Under the pieces are notes generated by a model, which ran no database searches, was not told where the DNA came from, and was given only the letters and a program-made list of their open reading frames with translations. Shown piece after piece: positions 50,701 through 62,800 of a DNA stretch of 64,000 nucleotides. Each line of letters starts with the position of its first letter. The first letter of the stretch is position 1. This DNA is from Iphione sp. A-MEVVRFRX5. Lineage: Eukaryota. The DNA lies in contig OZ320313.1 of the NCBI GenBank assembly GCA_976226885.1, positions 115,692,001-115,756,000 of the forward strand, in the 5' to 3' direction. The position numbers and the translations under genes were made by a program.

Positions 50701-51480
50701 ACCTCACACTGAGCTAACAGTGACCTCATATCATGAGCTCATGCTGAACTCAATTTGTAACCTCATGGTTACCTCACAGTGAGCTCACATTGTGACCTCA
50801 CAGTGTGAGCTCACTATGAGCTCAGACTGAGCTCACGCTATGAGACTGGCCACTGCCTACATTTAGAGAGAACAGAAGGAAGATATAACATTTACTCATA
50901 GAAACTATCCCAATGGATCTCATTACATTAAAAATAAAATGAACAATGCACTTATTTCATGTCTGGGAACCCAGAAGAAGATTTAATATGATAGTATCCC
51001 TACACTGGCACTACCTTGGCTCTAAACACCAAAAAAAATCACTGACAAACCTTTGTTTAGAGCAAAAACACATAACTAATCTATTTATACATAAGCAGAA
51101 TACCAAACACACTGTATACTGACTATCTGATACCATTTATAATATCTTTTCCCTCTAATTTGAAGGAAATTTGCTTTTATCTAAACCAGGTAATCCTTAG
51201 ATTAGCATGAGGGAGGCATAACCTACACATGACTGACAACTTTCCTTGTTTTTCTCTTAATCTCTTCAGAATTACACCAAATAAATGCACACTTAAAGTT
51301 CATTTTAACATAAAGATACTCACCTGTAGCAATTAAACTGTTTCCTTACAGTATTTTTCCATAGATCCTTCCTTGAAGTGCAGAGAGTCACTACATGCAG
51401 AGCTCTGTTGTTTACAAAATTCAAATCTGCCAGAGAGCATTCTGGGTAACCTCAATATGGGTAACCTCAACATTTTTCCA

Positions 51481-51626
51481 TTACGTTTTTGGCTGTGTAG
51501 AGGCAGAAAATAAAGCTACAGCTCACATGCTATAGCTCGTTGGAAAGCTCTCATCAAGAGCTTTCCAACGAGCTATAGCACATGTCTGTAGCTTCATTTG
51601 CTGTCCCTACACAGCCGGAAACGTAA
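51481..51626. repeat. 146-bp near-perfect inverted repeat (about 70-bp arms, 5-nt loop)
   Basis: Arm 51481-51551 pairs with arm 51557-51626. The inner 24 bp are perfect (tgctatagctcgttggaaagctct/agagctttccaacgagctatagca) and the loop is catca. Confidence 0.95.
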
Positions 51627-51628
51627 CT

Positions 51629-51849
51629 GTGATATAATACATATGAGCTCACAGCTGTGAGGTATCTGTGAGCTCACTGTGATATCAGACATATGAGCTC
51701 AGAGCCGTGAGGTATCTGTGAGCTCACTGTGATATAATACATGTGAGCTCACAGCCGTGAGGTATCTGTGAGCTCACTGTGATATAATACATGTGAGCTC
51801 ACAGCTGTGAGGTTCCTGTGATCTCACTGTGACATCTACGTGAGCTCAT
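51629..51849. repeat. 50-bp tandem repeat, 4 copies plus partial
   Basis: The unit gtgatataatacatatgagctcacagctgtgaggtatctgtgagctcact starts at 51629, 51679, 51729 and 51779, with a partial at 51829. The copies are highly similar. Confidence 0.95.
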
Positions 51850-52895
51850 GTCTTGACTGGGCTTGGCCGTGTGAACAGACCTACGTATTAATTGACTGTA
51901 CATTTAGTTAAGGAACAACGCAAGTTGCTCCTTTTCGTGTAGTTCTCTCTTGACCTAAAACCTGCTGCTCTGTCAATTTTAAGATATCTCATCAATACAC
52001 CCATCGCCAAAATATGTCATAGTGCGCAGAATGACATTACAACAATGGGTGAGCCTACGACAGTTATAGGTCATTCTACGACATTCCTGGGTCTACATGT
52101 ATGACAATGAAGTTACCCTTTATCTTTCGTAGCCCCAAAACACCACTTCTAGTTATCAGATTTTGATTAAACTCATATCAAATGACTCTATGCTTTGTGG
52201 GTAAGAATGACGTGTTGTCTATGGCAAGTGGTCACACGTGTAAACAACGTCATTTTGCAAAACAACATTTGGTGCATTATCAGATTATATCGCAGGTGTA
52301 AAACTGAATCACTCTGTCAACATTCATTGCAACTATGTTCTCATTTTTGTTGTAGACATTCATCTTTGAAACCAAAAATTTACTAAACCTATCATTGTGT
52401 CTGCTCGATCGTATATTTTTATGGATAAAGGCATCAACATCACGGAAATTTAGTTTACTGTCCATGTTTCGTCGGAGGTGGCAGGATGTCTATTACATCT
52501 AAATCATAAAGAAACCTACTCTTAATGTTTTTTTCCCTTTAAGACTCCCGTCCCGGGAACATCACCTCTTTCTATATCAATGCACGTCCAGAATATAGCA
52601 GCAGCCGTATACTTAATAGCGAATGACGATGTACACGACTATCTAGTAAGAATTCACATTGCCTTTTGACCCAGTCCTGTCATTGCTCCGTTGCCGGCGA
52701 GGCCGTCACACTGTTCACTGTGGTCAATATTGGGTCACGAAAGGGCGGACAGTGGGTTGACTGGCAAGATCCTGTGCACAATACACGTCAGCGCCAGTGT
52801 CATCAGCCTGGATACAATGCATGACCATGGAGACTGACCCCTAGGCCCTCTCCTCCTGCCACCACTTGTTCCTGCCAGCAGAGCAAGCCTTGTCT

Positions 52896-52923
52896 GGGGT
52901 AGGGGGATGGGGTCTTGAGGGGG
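52896..52923 (+). other. Canonical G-quadruplex motif
   Basis: GGGGtaGGGGGatGGGGtcttgaGGGGG. Confidence 0.5.
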
Positions 52924-54925
52924 AAGGAAGGCCACAGAGCTCTCTTTCCCACACGCCACGGAACAGACCTCTGGCTGCTGGTGTTGCCCGAGAGCGTTCA
53001 GGGATACGACTGAACTGCCTCACACGTGCGGCTGTAGGAGTGAGATAGTGGTCGACAAGGAGGCCTCCATGGACTAAAGCGTCCGCAGCCAACAGACCCC
53101 TCTTCCTGCTCCACCCATGGAACTGGCCCCAAGGCCTGCAAAACATACTGAGGGGTCAGTCTGGCTGGGTCGGCCAGATATCTCGTCGTCCATTCGCCGT
53201 CTAATGCTGCCCTCGTAACCCAGCACATATTGCCGAAGCACTCCCTTCGCCTTCCCCTCTGTAGTGTTGGGGGGAATGATCACGTACTGATAATACCGGC
53301 GCAAGGATAAACAATGAACCATGTGTATCGGTATTGTTTCACCACGTGGGAATGATGCAATATTGCATCGCCACGCTACTCCAGGAGAACTGGGCTGGCT
53401 GATGCTTGGTGCGGCTTTCCAAACCCCCTGGCCTAGAACTGGACCTATTGTATTTGCTTGCATTTTCTGTTAAAGAGAAAGCATTCAACGGACATGCACT
53501 GCATAAATACAATCAGTTGGAAAGCCATTCTATACTGTGTGCCCAGTCCTGGTAGCGGTAGATTATATTGCATGGTATTAACACCTAAACTGCTCCATGC
53601 CAGTCCACAAGTACACTATGGCATGAGCAAGTCATGGAGTTGGAACGGAGAATTTTCATGCAGGAAATGAACATGATGGCGACTGATACAGCAGGAGATA
53701 TGCCTCCTTCAGTGAACATCCTTGCCATTTGATTTTTTTGGCGACAATTTATTTGATGGCGCCAAAGTTGAGGCGAGTCACGCAGCCACCATCAACAAAC
53801 AGACGTCTGCAAACAATTATTTGCCGAAGAGGAAATCACATACGCCCGGTGCTCTCTACTCAGCGTGTTGATTCTAGAGAACCTTCTTCTACTGGAGAAA
53901 AAGGCAGATCCAGAAGTGGCATGTGCGTTGATGAGTCAAGTGCTACTTATAAACAAACCGTGTTCCAGCCACTTTTCCCAAATGTCTACCAGTCCTCTTC
54001 ACTGTATTAGGCATGTGGCCGGGCACGTTCGAAGAAACACTTTAAAACATAAGAAAACCAGTCTTTATTGAACAAAAAATGAGTCCTCACCCTGTCCAAG
54101 GTCAGCCAGCTAACACATATACATGTATAGACTATCGATCCGGGGAACTTCGGTTACTCTTAATATGTCCATATACATCATGTCCCATTCACCCTGTCCC
54201 TATACGATTTTGGCTTTGTTGAATCGTCGTGTTGGGAAGCTAGCAGTATCTATTCTGTGGATACAGCCTCAAAAGACCTTGAGGCATGTTTGTATGTAAA
54301 CATGATTTTGCGCATGCGTATGCAGATTACTTCCGGGTCGAGGCTGGTCGTTCAATGTAGGATAATCTATACATAACATCAACCTATTTCCCCGGGCGCA
54401 ATCACACAGCCCGAGTGAGAAATCGGTTCATTATTTTTAAATTAGCCGAAATATATCGTCTAGGATATGTATACTGATAATTTTACCATGGCCAGGGATA
54501 TTTGTCGCTCGAAAGTCCATAAAGTGAGTAATAGTAGCCTCGATCGAGGTAACGCGTCTGCTGCTCGTGACTGACACGTGTGATGGAATCTCGGAGACAA
54601 AACAAGTGACGGGCGCTCAGCGTGATAAATGAGCCATTTTCAATCGAGTATTCCATTATAACCTGTTATCCTTTTTTTAAATTGAAGCCTGCCTTGGTTG
54701 AGCGAAGAGTTAGAAGGGAGGAAAGGAGGAGGGCCAATGAGACAATCGATTTCTGCTGCTGGGGATACAGTCATCACTCCCTCAGCGTTGCTGGTGTGAC
54801 AGACATTAAGCAAGCAGTGACACAAGATTCTTGGACTATTGCAGCATGATTTTTTAACATCAAGTTTATTGGAAGAGTTTAAGCGTATCTTAAAGCATGG
54901 AACAAACAAAGAATAATACACTTAC

Positions 54926-54992
54926 TTATGAGGGGGAAGAGGGCAACACCAGCCAGTAGAAGCACGTGGCAAAACTCTTCTGGGAACGCCAT
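54926..54992 (-). CDS. Probable nAChR coding exon 1 (67 nt, phase 1): signal peptide MAFPEEFCHVLLLAGVALFPLI
   Basis: The start context is optimal (tgAgcATGG), the segment is hydrophobic, and the donor is a consensus A|GTAAGT at 54925. Phase 1 matches the exon 2 acceptor, giving MAFPEEFCHVLLLAGVALFPLINLHVGA|NPDAKRL with a V-x-A cleavage site. It sits at the edge of a CpG island. The link to exon 2 across 28.3 kb is inferred. Confidence 0.7.
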
Positions 54993-56130
54993 GCTCAGAA
55001 CTTGATCTTTCGCACTTTCACTTTCTGTCGCCTTCACCCCCTTTCTCCACGGGCAAATAGTTCAACTGGGAGACTTTCCAGCGAAGCGACCTTCTCAGGC
55101 GTATATATTCCGAAACTGCACGTCGTGCCCAGCACACTCCTGTTTTTTGCCACCATCGACGGCTGCCAGTATGGTCGACGGTAGGCTAATGTCCTGCCCG
55201 GGAGGGCATTGCCTCTTCGGGCGGTCTCACCGCCCTGAAAGAGCAGAAGGAAGAGGACAAGACTCATTTGGCGCCATGTTCGCGTGGTGGTGGTGGCTGT
55301 AGCGATGGTGCTGGTGCCAGATGTAGTGATGACGGTGGCGTCGGCGGCGGTGCCTTGCTCGTCAGGGCGTTCGAGCGGATACGGTGACAGGAGCTCACCC
55401 TTCGGATAGTGCCCACATTGGACGGGCCTACACGGCCAGAACCTCACCACCCATACAGCGGCAACTGCACCACGCCGAACTGCACATATTGAAAGTCGAA
55501 TTGATTGTGGGGCTGCCCGCAGAATGCTCGGCCAAATTTAATATCGTTCGATTGCTGGTCGGGACCAGCATGTCTAGAGAATGGGCCAGCCAGCTGTTGG
55601 CCGTCGGCTTAACTCACTTATAAACTAACACAGGCGTATAACACATCCCATTATCGGTGTGTTGTCAGTCCAGATATTGTTAACCGCATCTCCGCCGGTC
55701 GTCGGCTTGCTCCGTGGATCCTGGTCACGTCTAACCAGAAGTCTTGGCAACTCTCTCGGCACACCGCTGCGCGCATTCCCTCCGCGCACGGCGGGGTTCA
55801 TTTCCGGGCGGACGACGCGGAGGTCGACATAGAAACGGTTCGCCAGGCGGAACTTGAAAACTCTCACCGTGCCAGGGATGGAGCGCATGCGCCCATATTA
55901 GTTACAGCCTGGTGCGTGCCGCGAGGGAGGCCGGCTGAGAGAAGGGAGCGGTGGATGGCGTCCCGCTGACCGCACGACGGGAGCTGCTGTCTCCTGGGCC
56001 GAGAGGATTCAACTGGCATGGGCGGTGACGGAGTGGCGAGCTCCCGTCAGCGCAGTGGCACTCGGCGGCGGTGGTGGCAAGGCAAAAGCAGCCTATCGGC
56101 CGTCGCCTGTGGCGGAGGTGGTGCTACGCC
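54950..56130 (-). promoter_or_regulatory. CpG/GC-rich island, likely promoter and 5'UTR of the nAChR gene
   Basis: CpG and GC are visibly dense relative to the flanks, with GCC/ACC-type triplet runs, directly upstream of the candidate exon 1. The transcription start cannot be located. Confidence 0.55.
54993..55234 (-). other. Putative 5'UTR part of the start-codon exon, with a strong upstream splice acceptor
   Basis: The minus strand reads tcttgtcctcttccttctgctctttcag|GGCGG at 55235/55234. Candidate upstream donors include TAA|GTGAGT at 55617. The segment contains two upstream ATGs. Confidence 0.45.
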
Positions 56131-58410
56131 TTGAAGCTTTAACTTCTCCTCTTGTCCTTGTCTCTGGTGCTTTATGTAAGCCTTCGTGAAGTCGTCTCAC
56201 TCCTCCACATCCCGAAATTACCGCTCTCCACTGCGTATAATTGATGTAGGTGCACTCGAAGATTAATGCCTATTCCTCTGAGTACTAACACCATTCCGAA
56301 ATGAGTCCCATTAAATAAAGTACTCTTCCTCAAACCTTGCACATTTTCGCGTCTCTCTCTATATATCTCTTGCTCTGTTTTGTTGGCTTATCCCGGCTTT
56401 TGGCTTTCTCTCCAGTAAGCAAAGCATGTATATTCTCTCTCTCTACTTTCGTATATTGTGCATTGTATTTCATGAGATCATTGGCCACGCGGTATATATC
56501 AGTACTTAGTATTCCAGCTGATTACAAATATACCTAGATGATGCGCAGAAGAGATATCATCCTCGGGGAATAATATATACCCATGACGTCTTGGATGCCT
56601 TGCACATACTCTTCCTATGCAATCAAATGTGGTTTCGTCTTTTTATTTAATAGTCTTCAATCTGTGCTTACGGATGGGGATGGGCTCTAACGACCGTGCC
56701 CTTGTCGTCTGGGACATTACATTATAGCACATAACTTACCGGTTGGTAAGACTCGACATAGAGCTCTCACATATATAGAGGTGGCGTCAAATGTCACACG
56801 CAGTGAGAAACAATCGGCTAGTCTTACTATGCCAGGGGTGGCAAGTGTGTCTGTCGAACTGGCCGTATTAATTCTTGATGACTCTATATACAAGGGAAAG
56901 GAGACAGTGGACCGAGAATTCGGCAGCTACTGGCAACTTGTCATGAAGAAATAGACTTAGTTTTTTGTAGTCGTAACACAGGATTCCCGTATTACTCATG
57001 ACTCATTTGCATTTTCATCTTTTCCGTTTATTTTCCTGATTGACCCGATAATTTTGTTTGCACAATCAGCCATAAGCTTTCATTCGTTAGTTTTCTTCAA
57101 TCCAACATATCCCCTTTTAACGATAACCGTAAAGAAGTTCAATTTCCTTTTTAAGTTTTCCAAAATCCCTTTGATAATGTCGTGACATTTTCTCCTTAAG
57201 ATCCTACTGAATGGACGTGTGAGAAATATTGAAGTTATCGTCCTGGCTTGACTGAACTTGGAGGCTAATGCTAATTGCAGCGTGTTATGGATGGCCTACC
57301 CTCATTGAACGCAATACGTGGCACACCGATATTAGCATCGAGTGGTTTTGTGTGCCTGCCTTTAGCCCCAGAGCCCTTCAACCTGTGACCCTCCTCCTAC
57401 TCTCACTCCTACACAGGTGGCCCATTTGATTGATCGGGGAAAGAGATTCTCTTGCCAAAATTCCCGTTTAATAATACCGCGATCATGCCCTGACAATTAG
57501 CGGGTCCATTCGCACCACTTCTAAAGAATGAGGGGGCAAGTAAAGAGCAAGAACTTGTCGAACGAGCCTAATCCTCCATGTGCAAGCAGGAGCTAAGCGA
57601 CTAAGACATTCTTGAAAAGCTTTACAGCGATCGTGAGAATTGATTCTCGTATTTCATCTGAGCTGCCTCTGGTAATTAGCCCTCGGTATAATGACGACAA
57701 GTGCCCACTGAAATGACAAAAAACGGGCCTTTAGCATGAAGCCAGGCAAATGTAGAGGAAGTCGGTCCTACTGCACGAATAGCTGATGTCAAATACTGTG
57801 AACTGTAAGCGATTTCAGAAAATTCTATCGAGGGTTGAGGTTTCCTTGCTTCAAAGATGTATATAATGTCAATGCGCTTGTATTTACATAGTGCATTGCA
57901 ATGCATGTTTTCCGTGAATGTCTTCTCGTGGTAATGAAGATATCCCCATTCCTGTAACTGTTTGATCTTGGGGGTATCCAAAGAATTGTGAGGACGCTGG
58001 TACTACGTACAGTTATGCTAGCAGAAACACAAACTATAAGAGCAAGACATAACTATCTGAGAAGAGTGCAGAAGATTGATAAATATTGCTCCCCAGTAAA
58101 CTGTTACCGGTATCTTATAGAATTTTGTTATGTGACATATTTTCAGTTTCCCTTCCCCCCAACTCTTCTTTCCAGCTGTTGGAGGGATGTAGGGTCAAAT
58201 GACCAAAGGTTGTTTGGCGGATTTCTCCGTGTGAATAACGTGGAGATCGCTGGTGCGTGCTGGGAGGAGGCGTGATTAGGGCGCATGTTCCTACCATCGT
58301 GGATAGCGCCCGTATTGACGGGACACAGTTCGGGCCGCCGGCGCTCGTCGATGCCGACATCAGGAACCAGCTCTCGGCCGGGCATAGTCGTGGACTTTTC
58401 AGCAAAAATC

Positions 58411-58424
58411 GTTGCCATGGCAAC
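58411..58424. promoter_or_regulatory. RFX X-box, perfect palindrome GTTGCCATGGCAAC
   Basis: An exact match to the canonical RFX/DAF-19 X-box, inside a GC-rich island (about 58200-58850) about 3.4 kb upstream of candidate exon 1. Confidence 0.6.
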
Positions 58425-60464
58425 CGGATGAAATTCTCTGATTGAGTCGAGCCTCCACAGTGGTCCTTGCTGCTGATAGGCGGACTGCGAAAGTTGATGC
58501 CGCCCCACTATGCCCATATTCGCCCCCTCCCTCTCGCGCACCCTCCCCTAACTTACTCCTTGGTCCTCGTGGTGATGCTGCGTCTGCTTCGTGCGGCGCC
58601 GCTTTGCCGAGGCCCCGCGCGGGGGCGCGTTCTGTTGTAACGGGTATGAAGCCCGGATCGATCGGTAGCTCTATTGCACCGGGCCCTGATGGCGTCTCAA
58701 GAGGCTACGTCCGACATTGTGGGTCTGAGAGGGAGGGCGGCGGTAGTTGCGGGTTAGGCCCGAAAGGCAAAGCACCACGCAAAAGAGTTTGTTACTGCTC
58801 TGTCGAGTGAGTTAGTGGTCAGTATAATGTTGCTGGCCACAAACGGACGTACCTTTTACCGCTCTCACATATAAATCTGCATTATGTTAGTGGCTTTGCT
58901 GAAATATAAGGCCATCGACAAAGGCCTAATATGCTAGCTTTCCTCCGTTATCGTATATTTCCGCTACCTCCTCAAATGACTGAGTGGTGATTTCTCTTGA
59001 ATCCTCTTTATCTTCGATGTTCCGACAGTCATAATGAACACCCTTTTAAGAGGAGGGAGCAGATTCCCTGGAACGCTCATATTCCTATTTCACCGCCCAC
59101 ACCATCGCTGCGCGTACACATATATATGTATATTTTGTTATCGCTTGTAAACAGCACAGTTTGACAACCTTTTAAAAAAAAGTATAAATGTACCGGTTCA
59201 GCCCATATCATGCACTCAACAAGTTTAATATCCGCCCAATATAACGGACCACAGTCGGACAGTTCCGGCGGCGTCAGGTCATAATTGTAGTTCCCAGGGC
59301 CACAAGCAGGTCCTACAAAGCTATCCACATGGCAGCGGCATGGGCAAGAGGCCCACTAACGCCGCCTAGTGTCCATTCGTGGCAAATGCCCGCCTGTCAG
59401 TGAGCATGGCGAATGAGCGGACAGTTAAAGGAGCGTCTAAATTCTAAAAAGGGGGATGGCCTGGGGACCACCGTTAACACTCTTCCGGCAGCAGACGTGG
59501 GTCTTGCAAAAGAATCGCTGAAACATTGGAAGCCATCTTTGTTATGATTGCTTGGTGTATACACGGTCGCTGCCAGTTTGACCGCCTTGAATCACACGAG
59601 GGGTGCCTGCCGTTTATGAGTAACAAAACCGCTCTGTTCAGAAACGACTTATCAGCCATAGTCAGGAGGTCAACGAGCTCGGGATTGTTAGAACTGAGGG
59701 TTAATATTATCACCGAGGTGACGGGAGGTGCCAGCATATCAGCGTAAATTCACGTTCCTCGAATAGTAAAGCATTATGATGGCGGTGGCAATAGAGTACA
59801 TACATGTATATGTACACGGCAGAAGGTCACTATGCCTGCTTGGTGGTTCACAAAGGTAATCACTTATATGAGAGTGCCACCAAGAAATACAATTCAATCT
59901 ACTATTGGTCAAAGTATTTTATCGAGGATAATAAGTGGTACTTAGTTATGGGGTTCATTAAAGGTATACTGTTCTTGCTCACGTTAACTTAATTTAGATG
60001 ATTGAGAAATAAAATCCTCACAAAATAAATTCTAAAAATATAGTCCTGGTTAGTGCACATTCTGTAGAGCCATGTTAGCAAACGCTCAAAACTTTTGAGG
60101 CTTTACGGTCATATTGCAAAGGCTCCTCGCATGGCGAAGGTTTTCAGCAGGTCATGTAAAGATGTAATAAAGAAGAAATGAAACATGAATCGAATACAAT
60201 CAGCTAAAATGATAAAGATAGCGTCTGTGGAGAACATGTTGCAGCTTAGGATTAATTTATCCGCAAGAAAATTATAAGCCTTCTTTTAATGGATAGCAGA
60301 TCAAACATCCATTAAGAAATACAAACAGCACATATTTAATGTCTGGTTTTCAAAACTAATTGAATTAGCCAACTTATATCTAAGGGTGTAAACATCAGCA
60401 TAATAATTTGCTGCCACATGAGGACATGACCCCCAAATAAAACTTCAGCTTGGGACATCACAAC

Positions 60465-60810
60465 TTTGGTCTCCTTTTTAAGAGATTTGGTGATAATACA
60501 AAATACATTTGGTTATTGAAGATCTTGGTTTTCTTGACGTGATATCTCTTTATCACGATTTTACGTGTAGAAAAGATAGAAATGGACTGAACTTGGAGTT
60601 CTGGTCACATCCTTCAGTTGGTCTCTCTGGATATGTATTTGGCTATTGATGGTCTTGGTCTTTATCAAGGTATTACATCTGACACGTAGAATCCGTCTGT
60701 CGAGACTTACGACTGACTTAGTTTGGTTGAGTTTGTCTCTCAAAGGATTTGGTGATACAACATAGATTTACATTCGGTTATTGTATATGGTTTGGTTTTA
60801 CAAACGTGAA
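60465..60810. repeat. Degenerate tandem repeat, period about 130-135 bp, about 3 copies
   Basis: The anchor (c/t)att(t/c)gg(t/c)tattg occurs at 60506, 60636 and 60771, and gatttggtgata is repeated at about 60484 and 60746. Confidence 0.65.
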
Positions 60811-62786
60811 CGGAAAATATGACATAACTATTGTGTAAAAGGAGAAATTGTGGTGAGTCTTTTCAAAGAGGGCATTTTCCCAATTGCCTAGAAAACGTAT
60901 AATCAATTCGACTTCAGAGGTCAAATTGCCAAGCGACGCCTGTGAGACTTGTGGTCCAATTCCGCGATGGTCAATAGGGGCTGAAGTTTCCCTCCTGCGT
61001 ATCATTTCAAGCACTAATTCTTGAACGACTTTGGAGCAGGTCAAGAAAGAGAAACGCGTGAAAAATATTAAATAAGGAAACGACAAGCGACTTTATATTT
61101 TTTCACAATCACGCGACATGCATTATATCATATCCGCTAACGTGGCTATAAATCAGCATATAGATACAAAATAAAGGCACTTTACTATGGGTATAATTGA
61201 TCTTGGGGTGTAAATGAACCAACTGGTGAGTATTTTGAGAAAACAGTGAAACCCCACTATTGCAACACCTCGTAGTCCATACCTTTGCTTTTCCAAGCAA
61301 ATTTTCCTGGTACAGGATGAGCCCGTTTAATATAAAAACTCCTCTCGATTCCAGCACCTTTATTGCAGGCATAATCACTAGTTACCAGGCAGTATTGTAA
61401 TAGTGAGGTTTCACTGTAATTGTGTCACTGTGTAATAGTTTCCAATGGTATATCCTACATATTTCTAATATTGCCCTTGGTGTTGTACACTTGAAGACAT
61501 GGATGTAAGACATGGGTCGATTATTTTAAAATAATTTAAAGAATATGTTCAAATACTTCTTAATTTATTCCAGTAGCGTCTACAGAAAAATATGATAGTG
61601 TAAAGAATTGTGGTACAATGTGAATTTAATGTATACTGTAATATTGTAATTACAGTATATATGTACTGTGAATGTAGGATAGAGCACTGTCTGTACAGAT
61701 TGTCAGCACAGTACCGTGTTTTATGGTCATTGTCATAGAGTGTGGACAAGGCATTTCTTAGAAATCCAACTACAAAGTACAACTTATATGATATCATTCA
61801 TTATCTTTTTCATTCCGACTTATTTTTTCCCCGTTTCGACACTATGTCTGTATAGGGTGTAAGTAGGGGAAGAAATAGGGTACAGTTTCTAAACATTTCT
61901 TCACGTCGCAAGAGGCACAGTAATATGATTTTGTTTCACATAAGTAGCCTGATTATTCTGCATCATTTTTCTACAAGCATTTATTTTTGTCAAAGCATTC
62001 ATTTCAGTGCTCTTCATTTTCATTGATCCTATCGACGTGCTCGCCTTACTTGATTTGCTTTTTTAATCGAATGGGAAGACAGATAACTTTAGGACCCTCG
62101 TGCATATGATGGATAGTCAGAGAGAATCTAATGATTCTCACCGACGCGGGCAAAGCATGCACTGTCCATAATCAAAACAGATAATACATTTTTACAATTA
62201 TATTTACATTGAAATGGTGCATATCTATCGATGCCCCCATTCTCGTGATCACCATTACTGGACAGGACATCATTTAATAACGAAAGAAAGCACAATGACA
62301 AAACTGTTTCTGCTCTCGTAATAAATTGTTCACATCAGTAGTGATCATTTCTATCGTAGAGCCCACCACTTGGCAACGGCTATCTACAGTTATTGTTAGG
62401 TTAGCGCAAATTCACAACAAAATGGTCCAGACGGAGTACTTGAGATATTTCCACGATAATACTGACAGCTTTGTTCTTCATCCACGTCGTAAAAACGGTC
62501 AGCACGATCGGCATTATGACGATTTAATAGGCGACGGATAGTAGCTGAAAATTAAATGAAATGTGTTTCCAGGTGAAAATCGATGATGAAGGGTTACCAA
62601 TTTAATTTGCCTGATAATGCAATATTAACCAATTAGGTAGGCAGCTTCAACAGCAATAAAAGTCACAGTGGTATTCATAAATGAATATGGACAGCCACGG
62701 TCGATTCGCCTCCTTGCCTATGCGAGCTGAGAGAGACGTTCTACTCGCATACTGTGTCACAATAGAATGGATAACGCCGCCTTTCC

Positions 62787-62800
62787 TCACTAGGTGGCTC
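62787..62800 (+). promoter_or_regulatory. Weak CTCF-like motif TCACTAGGTGGCTC
   Basis: 12/14 match to the core consensus, which could be chance. Confidence 0.2.

Larger units (their letters stand above)
50685..51861. mobile_element. CACTA/EnSpm(CMC)-like non-autonomous DNA element (1177 bp)
   Basis: ct|CCCAGTCAGGA...TCTTGACTGGG|ct gives CCCAG termini, a short TIR and a 2-bp direct repeat (CT). Both ends carry subterminal repeats of the palindromic GTGAGCTCAC motif. The superfamily call rests on recalled features of animal EnSpm elements. Confidence 0.65.

Noticed and set aside
55034-55888. 138-aa and 87-aa minus-strand ORFs as separate proteins
   Set aside because: No recognisable domain. 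They are better explained as GC-rich UTR or intron sequence, and the hydrophobic run is the acceptor pyrimidine tract.
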